Source: Candidatus Sumerlaeia bacterium | GTDB lineage: Bacteria > Sumerlaeota > Sumerlaeia > SLMS01 | Direction: 5' to 3' | Length of the DNA: 28,682 bases | NCBI GenBank assembly: GCA_038208905.1 | Contig: JBBQYG010000038.1 | Span: 1 to 28,682, forward strand | Part shown: positions 1 through 7,205 of the stretch, in pieces | Position numbering within the stretch: position 1 is the stretch's first letter | Layout of the letters: each line of letters opens with the position of its first letter | Program-made: the position numbers and the translations under genes | Notes under the pieces: model-generated | What the model saw: only the letters and a program-made list of their open reading frames with translations | Told to the model about the DNA's origin: nothing | Databases searched by the model: none

Positions 1-1
1 C

Positions 2-781
2 GATGAACCCATCCTTGCGGCACTGATTCAGTCAGGAGCGAGCCATGCGAAGGGCGAGTGCGGCACGCGGGAGGCCTTTGCCGCCGCGCTCGCCGGCTGC
101 GACGCCCTCATAAGCTGCGCCCATGTGAAGCACGCGCCCGGCTGCGTCTCCGCCTGCGCGGACGCGGGCGTGGCCCGGTATATCCAGATGAGCAGCGCGC
201 GCCTTTTCTCCCAGGTTGCCGACCAGACGGTCGAGCAGGTGAAGCACGGAGAGAGTGCGATCACGGCCAGCAACCTGGACTACACGATCCTTCGCCCCAC
301 CATGATCTTCGGCGGCCGCCGCGACGCCAACTTGACGCGCCTCGTGGCGTGGTTCCGCAGGCATCGCTGGCTTCCGATAATCGGGGACGGCGCCGCCCTC
401 GTTCAGCCCGTCTATACAGAGGACGTGGTGACCGCCATCGCGCAGGCGCTCGAGCACCCCGGGCGCGCAACCCGCCGCGCCTTCAACATCGGCGGCCCCG
501 ACGCACTGACTTGGCGTGCCATGATGGAGGAGATCGCACTGGCCGTGCGCGGGACGCACCCGCTCTTCATTCCCGTGCCACGCGGCGCGGCGCTGGCCGC
601 GGCGTCAGTGCTCCCCCGCCGCATTGTCTCACGCGAACAGATCCTCCGAATCAGCGAGGACAAGTCTGTCGATATCGCAGAAGCTCGCGCGGCACTGGGG
701 TTCGCGCCGGTGCCGTTTCGCGACGCGATTCGTCTCAAGGAATCCGGCAAGGCAGAAGTGGAAGCTTTGTATTCAAGGTAG
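2..781 (+). CDS. NAD(P)-dependent epimerase/dehydratase (atypical SDR / NAD(P)H-binding family), 5'-truncated by the window edge
   Basis: The frame is open from base 2 to TAG 779-781. Motifs 'GVARYIQMSSA', 'K..GE..I..S.LDYTILRPTMIFG', 'VQPVYTEDV' and 'FNIGGPDALTW' are typical of atypical SDRs. Confidence 0.85.
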   Translation, partial: DEPILAALIQSGASHAKGECGTREAFAAALAGCDALISCAHVKHAPGCVSACADAGVARYIQMSSARLFSQVADQTVEQVKHGESAITASNLDYTILRPTMIFGGRRDANLTRLVAWFRRHRWLPIIGDGAALVQPVYTEDVVTAIAQALEHPGRATRRAFNIGGPDALTWRAMMEEIALAVRGTHPLFIPVPRGAALAAASVLPRRIVSREQILRISEDKSVDIAEARAALGFAPVPFRDAIRLKESGKAEVEALYSR

Positions 782-827
782 CGTGGGCGTCTCGCCCGCG
801 CCGGCTCGGGCGGGACGCCCAAGCTAC
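778..827. repeat. GTAG-type REP-like inverted doublet (family A) between convergent genes
   Basis: GTAGCGTGGGCGTCTCGCCCGCG (778-800) and CTCGGGCGGGACGCCCAAGCTAC (805-827) are inverted copies matching at 20/23. Each is GTAG followed by a short GC hairpin (GGGCG-TCT-CGCCC). Confidence 0.8.
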
Positions 828-839
828 CATGGCAGCCAC

Positions 840-1271
840 TTAGATATGAAAGTTCGGATGCACCCGCGCGAGTCGTTCCGACTCCGCGTCGAGGAGGCCG
901 TGCAGCGTGGTGCTGTCGTAGATCTCCGCCGTCGCCGCCTCCACGCGGTCCCAGAGGGGGCCGAACACGTCGTCCCGCGCGGGGGACCCCTTGGACTGAT
1001 CGACCGGGGAGAGCGGTCCCTGTACGAAGCGGATCACATCGCCCACGGTGATGTCGGCGGGCGGGCGGCTGAGGGCGTAGCCGCCCGCCTTGCCGCGGCG
1101 CGAGACGGTGAAGCCGCCCTGCTTGAGTTCCTTCAGAATCACCTCGAGAAAGCGCATGGGAATCTTCTGGGCGTCGGCGATATCGCCGATGCGCGCCGTG
1201 CCATCGCCGTCGCGCCGCGCGAGCTCGAAGAGCGCGCGCAGCGCGTACTGACACTTGAGCGTGATCGCCAC
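840..1271 (-). CDS. Rrf2-family transcriptional regulator (CymR-like, lacks the IscR three-Cys cluster motif)
   Basis: 'YALRALFELA', 'IADAQKIPMRFLEVILKELKQGG...SRRGKAGGYAL' and 'ITVGDVIRFVQG'. GTG start 4 bp after the sulfite reductase stop; last gene of the cys arm. Confidence 0.92.
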   Translation of the reverse strand: MAITLKCQYALRALFELARRDGDGTARIGDIADAQKIPMRFLEVILKELKQGGFTVSRRGKAGGYALSRPPADITVGDVIRFVQGPLSPVDQSKGSPARDDVFGPLWDRVEAATAEIYDSTTLHGLLDAESERLARVHPNFHI

Positions 1272-1275
1272 GCGG

Positions 1276-3039
1276 CTAGGCCTTCAGCGCTTCGAGGCCG
1301 AGGCGGTGGGTCCAGTCGCCGAACGCTTCGTCCGGCTGGCGCTCCGCGCGCCAGCGCCCGACCAGGCGTGCGATCTCCGGCGGCACATCCTCGAAGAGCA
1401 TGCGCTCCTTGAAGAGCTTGTTGAGTCGCGTCCCCTCGAAGTCTCCGCCGAGGTAGAGGTTGTACTTGCCGGGGGCGCAGCCGATGTGGCCGATCTCCGC
1501 GCTCTCTGGCCGCGAGCAGGAGTTGGGGCAGCCGCTCATGCGGATGGAGATGCGCTCGTGGCCGAGGCCGAGTTCCTCCAGCTTGTCGATGAAGACGGGC
1601 ATGGCGCGTTCCGATTCCGCCAGCGCGAGCCCGCAGGTGGGAAGCGCGACGCAGGCTATCTCGTGCCGGCGGATCTCGCTCAGCTTGCCGTTCACGTTCA
1701 CGGCCAGGCCGGTGTCGGCGAGCATTGCACTGATTTCCGCCTGGCACTTTTCGGAGACATTGGCGAGGAGGATGTTCTGCTGGCCGGTAAGGCGGACCTC
1801 CGGGCGGAACTTCTCCACGATACGGCGCAGGATCGTCCGCGCGGGGCGCCCCGGCGCGTCGATAATGCGGCCGTTTTCGATGAAGATGCCGACGTACATC
1901 AACCCAGGCTGACGCTGGGCGTGCCAGCCAAGATGATCGTCGTATTTCCAGGCGGAGTCGTCGATGGGGCGCGCGGGAGCCAGCTCGATCCCCATGCGGC
2001 GGGACATCTCCTCGCGATACCACGTTTCCCCGACTGCATCCAGCAGGTACTTGAGGCGGGCCTGCTTGCGGTCGGTGCGGTTTCCATAGTCGCGCTGCAC
2101 GGTGATCACCGCATCCACTGCGGCCAGAATATCGTCGCGGTGGACGTAGGCGATGTTGGTGGCGAGGCGCGGATAGGTGGCCTTGTTGCTGTGGGAATGG
2201 CCGAGCCCGCCGCCCGCGACGATATTGTAGCCGGTGACCTCGCCGTCCTTGGTGAGCGCGATCAGTCCAAGGTCCTGTGTAAAGACATCGATGCAGTTGT
2301 CGCCGGGGGTGGTGACGCCGATCTTGAACTTTCGCGGCATATACGTCTCGCCGTAAAGATCCTCATTCGGATCGCGGAGGTTGATGATCGGGACACCCTC
2401 CTGATTCCGCTCTCCGTCTATAAAGATATCATAGAAGGCGGTGGTGCGCGGGAGGGTGCGGTCGGAAATCTGCCGCGACAGCTCGATGAACACGTCGCGC
2501 CCGGCCCACTCGGGGCGCGGGTCCAGGTCGATCACCGGGCAGCTCATCACGTTTCGGACAACGTCTCCGCAGGCGCCATAGGTGGTGAGCAGGCGCGTGT
2601 TGAGCTCGCGGGAGAGGCCCTGCAGCTTCTCCTTCCCGATGCCGTGGAACTGGATCGTCTGGCGCGTCGTCAGGCGGATGGAGCCCTTGGAAAACTTCGT
2701 CGCGCAGTCGTCCAGGATCAGGTACTGGTCGGCGGTGAGGCGTCCGCCGGGCACCTTGGTGCGGACCATGAAGCTGAAGTCCTTGTCCAGCCCGGCGCGC
2801 TTGCGCTCGATGCGCGTGTCGCGGTCGTCCTGCTGGTACATGCCGAAGTGCTTCATAAGCTGGTAGGACTCTTCCGAGACCTCCGGCAGGTTGGGATCGG
2901 TCATCTCCTTGAAGACATCGCCGCGCAGGCCGTGGCTCACGGTCTTGAGATGCTCGACCTTGTTTTTCTTCTCGAGGGGCGCGTCGATGCCGAGCGTTCC
3001 GCGAAGCTCCTCGGGGTCTTGAAAGGTCTTCTCTGACAT
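1276..3039 (-). CDS. cysI: Sulfite reductase hemoprotein (siroheme-[4Fe-4S]; CysI/SirA type)
   Basis: 'KHFGMYQQDDRD', 'RLTTRQTIQFHG', 'GACGDVVRNV', 'YMPRKFKIG', 'RKQARLKY', 'CVALPTCGLA' and 'SGCPNSC'. ATG 3039 is preferred over 3060 because AGGAG lies at 3055-3051. Confidence 0.95.
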   Translation of the reverse strand: MSEKTFQDPEELRGTLGIDAPLEKKNKVEHLKTVSHGLRGDVFKEMTDPNLPEVSEESYQLMKHFGMYQQDDRDTRIERKRAGLDKDFSFMVRTKVPGGRLTADQYLILDDCATKFSKGSIRLTTRQTIQFHGIGKEKLQGLSRELNTRLLTTYGACGDVVRNVMSCPVIDLDPRPEWAGRDVFIELSRQISDRTLPRTTAFYDIFIDGERNQEGVPIINLRDPNEDLYGETYMPRKFKIGVTTPGDNCIDVFTQDLGLIALTKDGEVTGYNIVAGGGLGHSHSNKATYPRLATNIAYVHRDDILAAVDAVITVQRDYGNRTDRKQARLKYLLDAVGETWYREEMSRRMGIELAPARPIDDSAWKYDDHLGWHAQRQPGLMYVGIFIENGRIIDAPGRPARTILRRIVEKFRPEVRLTGQQNILLANVSEKCQAEISAMLADTGLAVNVNGKLSEIRRHEIACVALPTCGLALAESERAMPVFIDKLEELGLGHERISIRMSGCPNSCSRPESAEIGHIGCAPGKYNLYLGGDFEGTRLNKLFKERMLFEDVPPEIARLVGRWRAERQPDEAFGDWTHRLGLEALKA

Positions 3040-3044
3040 CGTTG

Positions 3045-4985
3045 TCACAGCTCCTTGCACCGCGTGTCGGCGGTGCCCATGTTGGGTATATACGCTCTCA
3101 TTTCGAGTTCGGCGACGACCATCTCGGCGCAGTCTTTCAGGCTGCTAAGACCCGTGTCCACGACGAGTTCCGGCTTGGCGGGCGGCTCGTAGGGCGAGCC
3201 GATTCCCGTGAAATCCTTGATCTGCCCCGCGCGGGCCTTGCGGTACAGCCCCTTGGGATCGCGCTGCTCGCACACGGCGAGGTCGGCCTTGACGTGAACC
3301 TCCACGAAGGTCTCTGGCTGGAGCGCGCGCGCCATGTCGCGCTCGTGGCGGAAGGGGCTGATGAACGCCGCCAGGGTCACGATCCCCGCGTCGCTGAACA
3401 GGCGCGCCACTTCGGCGATGCGGCGGATGTTTTCCTTCCGGTCCTCCTCGCCAAAGCCCAGCCCCTTGCTGAGGCCCATGCGGATGTTGTCCCCGTCGAG
3501 CACATAGGTCCTGACGCCGCGCTCGTGGAGGATCGCCGACACCTCGTTGGCGAGGGTGGACTTGCCCGATCCGCTGAGGCCCGTGAACCAGAGCGTGACG
3601 CCGCGATGGCGGTTCTGGTTCTCGCGCATTTCGCGCGTCACTTTCTGCGAGTGCCACACGATGTTGGGCTCGGGGGCTGGGGGGTCCTTGGGGGCTTCGC
3701 GAGCGAGCTTGATCCCCGATTGCATCTCGCGATAGGCTCGGCTTAGCACCTCGCCCACCTCGGGGCGCATGATGCGCTCGTCGGGGGCAACGCCGCTGCG
3801 CAGCAACTCGCGCAGCTTGCGGTCGGGGATCGTGACGGTCTTGAGGCCCCTGTCGGCGTGGTCGGCGATGAGCGCGACGGCGCCCAGTTCCTCGAAGTAC
3901 GCGGCGGCGCCGACGAAGATCGGCTCGATCAGGAGCTTGCCGGCAAGGCTCTCGAACTTTGCCCGCGCCTCCGTGCCGGAGGGAAAGCTACTCCCCGAAT
4001 CATAGAGCGGATCCGCGGTGCCGTGCCCGATAATGATGTGGGTGAAGCCCATGTTCTGGCGATAGATCGCGTGCATCACGGCCTCGCGCGGGCCGCCGTG
4101 AAACGTGCGCATTTCCAGCGCATAGAGGTCGAACACATCGTTTATTGTATATCCAGCCTGCCGCCAAAGGCTCTCCTCGGCGTCGCCCTTGCCGAGGAGG
4201 CGCATCTCCTTCAGCACCGCGTGGGAGGCGATGCGGACCTCCGCGGGAACATCGTCCCAGCGGGTCTCGCTGGCGAGCGGCGTCAGCACCACGCCGGCCC
4301 ACGTTCCGGCGTGCATCAGGCGTTCCGCCGCCACGACCATCGCGTACTCGTGATCGCGGCGCAGCGGCCGCCGCGCGGGCATCGCAATGGCGGCGGACCA
4401 ACCCTTGACCTTCAGCAGCGCGCGGACGCGGTCGGTCGAGTGCGTGTAGCGCGCGATGGCCTCGTTGGGCCGAAAATCCGAGGGGAACACGTGGATCTTG
4501 CCGCCCGCGAGCCAGCCGCGGCGGTCCTCCAGCGTTTGGCGCGCCCCCGGATGCTCGGGCGTTTCGCTGCCGTGAATCACGAGACAGTAGCGCGCCTTGT
4601 CCCACGCATAGACATCTTCGACTTCGAGCAGGGCGACTTCCTCGCCGCGCTCCGAAACCATGATCGCGGGCTGGCCCGGCTTGACCGCGGCCTTCTCCTC
4701 CTCGGTGAGGGGAAACGCGATCGGCACGCCCCAGGCCCACGAGTCGCCGTTGGCAATGATGATTTCCTCGTCCAGCACGCGATCCCACACATCGCGCGTC
4801 ATCGGACCAACCAGCGGCGTCAGCAATCCATCGCCGAATCGCCGCACGGTAAGGAGGTCGATGCCACTGACGACGATGCGCGGCGCGTCGGCATGGGCTC
4901 GGCTCAGTTCCACCGCGCGCTCTGCGCCAACAAGGCGCACGGCCAGTTCCTTCGCTCCGCCGTGGGGCTGCATGGGGACGCTCAT
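3045..4985 (-). CDS. cysC: Fusion of a Sat-type ATP-sulfurylase-like domain (active-site motifs degenerate) and an adenylylsulfate kinase
   Basis: N-terminal Sat scaffold: 'PHGG..L', 'LTPLVGPM', 'HPGA', 'GPREAVMHAIYRQNMGFTH', 'IMRPEV'. C-terminal APS kinase: 'WFTGLSGSGKST', 'LDGDNIR', 'ENIRRIAEVA', 'RDPKGLY', 'FTGIGSPYEPP'. ATGA overlap with the cobA-hemD stop. Confidence 0.93.
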   Translation of the reverse strand: MSVPMQPHGGAKELAVRLVGAERAVELSRAHADAPRIVVSGIDLLTVRRFGDGLLTPLVGPMTRDVWDRVLDEEIIIANGDSWAWGVPIAFPLTEEEKAAVKPGQPAIMVSERGEEVALLEVEDVYAWDKARYCLVIHGSETPEHPGARQTLEDRRGWLAGGKIHVFPSDFRPNEAIARYTHSTDRVRALLKVKGWSAAIAMPARRPLRRDHEYAMVVAAERLMHAGTWAGVVLTPLASETRWDDVPAEVRIASHAVLKEMRLLGKGDAEESLWRQAGYTINDVFDLYALEMRTFHGGPREAVMHAIYRQNMGFTHIIIGHGTADPLYDSGSSFPSGTEARAKFESLAGKLLIEPIFVGAAAYFEELGAVALIADHADRGLKTVTIPDRKLRELLRSGVAPDERIMRPEVGEVLSRAYREMQSGIKLAREAPKDPPAPEPNIVWHSQKVTREMRENQNRHRGVTLWFTGLSGSGKSTLANEVSAILHERGVRTYVLDGDNIRMGLSKGLGFGEEDRKENIRRIAEVARLFSDAGIVTLAAFISPFRHERDMARALQPETFVEVHVKADLAVCEQRDPKGLYRKARAGQIKDFTGIGSPYEPPAKPELVVDTGLSSLKDCAEMVVAELEMRAYIPNMGTADTRCKEL

Positions 4986-6466
4986 GCGATGCCCTCCTGG
5001 GCGGCGGGCTCGGGATGCGCCGTCAAGTCCTCGACCGCGGCGAAGCCAAGCCGCGACGCGGCGGCGGAGGCCAGCTCGCCAATGGCGATGGCGCGCAGCG
5101 ACGGCAGAGGCGCCTCCGCGTAGATCGCGGCGAAGTCCTCCACCGCGCGGGGGCTGGCGAAGAATACCGCGTCAACAAAGGCGAAATCCACTGGGGCGGG
5201 CTGGCCGGCTTCCGCGCGATAGACTGCGATGCACGCAACATCCGTCGCGCCCGCGCGGACGAGTTCCCCCGCCATGCCGCCCCGATAGTGGGCCGCGCAG
5301 GGAAAGGCGACCCGCTGGCCGGCAAAGACTTCGCCAAGCCCGCCGCTGACGAGGTGATCGGGGAGGAGCGCCAACGCCTCCAGTGCCTCGACCGTCTCCT
5401 CGCCCGCCGCCGCAATGCGCGCGGAAATACTGCGCGCGTCATGGCCTGACTCACGCAGCAGGGCGAAGAACTCCCGCGCGGAATGCGGGTTGTTGAAGAG
5501 CAGCCAGTCCGCCCCCCGCGCATCCGCGACAGCGATTCGGGCCTGGGCGCGGGCCTCGCCTTCGAGCGGATGGAACGCCGTCACCGGCCTCCAAAGCATC
5601 GAGGCGTGGGGAAATCGCGCGGCCAGCAGCGGCGACACGCGCGAGGAGGTGACCATGATCGTCTGCGCGTGGCGCGGGCCTCCCGCCCGAGAATCACGGC
5701 CCAGCGCCGCCGTTTCCCCCACCACGAGAACCGCGGGTGGCTTGATCCCCGCCGCTTTCACGGCGGCCTGAATTCCAGAGAGCGGCGCCCTCGCCACCTG
5801 CTGTCTATACGTGGTGCCGCTGGCGACAAGCGCGGCGGGCGTCCCGGGCGCGACGCCGCGGGCGAGGAGCCGTGCCACAATGTCGCCCAGCGCCTCCACA
5901 CCCATCAGGAAGATGCGCGTGTCCGACTCGCCGGGCTCGGGAAGAACGCCGTCCTTGCCGCGCCCGGTCCACACGGCGAAGCCCCGCGCCAGCTCGCGAT
6001 GCGTCACCGGAATCCCGGCGGCGGCGGGAACCGCGAGCGCGGAGCTGATGCCGGGGACCACGCGGCACTCGACGCCGCGCGCGGCGAGGAAGTCGCGCTC
6101 CTCGCTGCCGCGTGCAAACACGAAGGGGTCGCCGCCCTTTAGTCGCACGACGCGGTTTCCTGCGCGGGCCTCGGTCAGGAGGGTTTCGTTAATCTGGTCC
6201 TGCGACGCGGGACCATCGCCGGGGCGCTTGCCCACGTCGATGCGGCGCGTGGCCGGGGGGAGCGCCTGGAGCAACTCCTCGCACCCGAGCCGGTCGTGTA
6301 CCACCACGTCGGCCTCCGCCAGAAGCTGCCACCCGGCCAGCGTCAGCAGTCCCGGATCGCCGGGTCCCGCGCCCACGAGCCAGACCTCGCCCGGACCGAA
6401 GCCGCGACCGAGGGGCGGGGGTTGCGGGTGGCGCCGGGGGCTGATGTTTTGTAGCTTGGTTGGCAA
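4982..6466 (-). CDS. cobA: Uroporphyrinogen-III C-methyltransferase fused to a uroporphyrinogen-III synthase (HemD)-like domain
   Basis: 'VWLVGAGPGDPGLLT', 'ADVVVHDRL', 'VRLKGGDPFVFARGSEE', 'VPGISSA' and 'AGIPVTHR'. The C-terminal half has HemD-like patterns ('WLLFNNPHSA', 'AAAGEET', 'VFFASPRAV', 'IAIGE'). The start is uncertain (TTG 6466 or 6517). Confidence 0.88.
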   Translation of the reverse strand: MPTKLQNISPRRHPQPPPLGRGFGPGEVWLVGAGPGDPGLLTLAGWQLLAEADVVVHDRLGCEELLQALPPATRRIDVGKRPGDGPASQDQINETLLTEARAGNRVVRLKGGDPFVFARGSEERDFLAARGVECRVVPGISSALAVPAAAGIPVTHRELARGFAVWTGRGKDGVLPEPGESDTRIFLMGVEALGDIVARLLARGVAPGTPAALVASGTTYRQQVARAPLSGIQAAVKAAGIKPPAVLVVGETAALGRDSRAGGPRHAQTIMVTSSRVSPLLAARFPHASMLWRPVTAFHPLEGEARAQARIAVADARGADWLLFNNPHSAREFFALLRESGHDARSISARIAAAGEETVEALEALALLPDHLVSGGLGEVFAGQRVAFPCAAHYRGGMAGELVRAGATDVACIAVYRAEAGQPAPVDFAFVDAVFFASPRAVEDFAAIYAEAPLPSLRAIAIGELASAAASRLGFAAVEDLTAHPEPAAQEGIA

Positions 6467-6599
6467 CGGAAGGGATGGCCGGGAGCGTGGGGGATTCGGG
6501 GCGCGGCGAAGGGGCAACAGCTTGCCCGCGAGGCCCCCGCCCCGCGCAAGTGCAACGATGAATCAGGGCGACCGGAGGGCGTCAATAGAAATACCGATT

Positions 6600-6623
6600 A
6601 TTCCGACCGGATTAGTCCAGATT
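6600..6623. promoter_or_regulatory. Candidate Rrf2 (CymR/IscR-like) operator upstream of the cobA-cysC-cysI-rrf2 unit
   Basis: ATTCCGAC-CGGATTA-GTCCAGATT, an imperfect dyad with GAC-N7-GTC in the AT-rich patch at about 6583-6623. It lies just upstream of a minus-strand TTGACG (6585-6580). Confidence 0.45.
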
Positions 6624-7163
6624 GGCCAGACCCCCCTCCGCCTCCCAATCCACGCCTTCGATGGCGGCGGTGATGGCCTGGCGCAGGCGCTTGGCGCGCC
6701 CGGGGGACTGGCCAAAGGTGGAGATGGAAATAAGCACGCCCTCCTCGGGGTGGCGGATCACGGCGGTGGTAAAGAAATCGGAACCCTCGGGATCGTCGGC
6801 CACATTGACCGGGACGCCCGCGGCGTTGGCGGCCCGGGCAACCGCGCGATTTGCCTCCCGGTGGTTGGTGGCGGCAAAGATGAGGTTGAAAATTCCGACC
6901 TCCGGCGCGCCGTCGGGAAAACTCCCGGGGACGTGCCCGATGGCACCGCTTGCGTGGAGCTGGCGAAGCTCGTCGGTGATCTCGGGACTAAGCACCGTCA
7001 CGCCGAATCCCCCTTCCAGTAGTCCGCGGACCTTGCGCGTGGCGACGGCGCCTCCGCCCACGACGAGGGCACTCCGCTCTGGCCCCACCAGGACCACCGG
7101 ATAGAATGCTCCCGATTCGATCCGCTTCTGGCGCCGATCGTGCAACTCGTCCTCGTGCGTCAT
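6612..7163 (-). CDS. sirC: Precorrin-2 dehydrogenase / siroheme synthase N-terminal-type protein (SirC/Met8p-like)
   Basis: 'FYPVVL...ALVVGGGAVATRKVRGLL', 'LIFAATN....N..VA', 'VNVADDP...DF' and 'ISISTFGQSP..AKRLR'. The real start is ATG 7163; the longer ORF-track extension to 7916 is antisense to the chelatase gene. Confidence 0.9.
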   Translation of the reverse strand: MTHEDELHDRRQKRIESGAFYPVVLVGPERSALVVGGGAVATRKVRGLLEGGFGVTVLSPEITDELRQLHASGAIGHVPGSFPDGAPEVGIFNLIFAATNHREANRAVARAANAAGVPVNVADDPEGSDFFTTAVIRHPEEGVLISISTFGQSPGRAKRLRQAITAAIEGVDWEAEGGLANLD

Positions 7164-7205
7164 GATTCCGGCTCCGTTGAGCAAGGTAAGGAAAGTCCCC
7201 GCAAA

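Noticed and set aside
1255-3036. 593-aa plus-strand ORF, and similar long shadow ORFs (3858-5123, 5811-7022, 19649-21358, 24093-25727)
   Set aside because: These are antisense or alternate-frame shadows of motif-supported genes, expected at high GC, and show no recognisable motifs.
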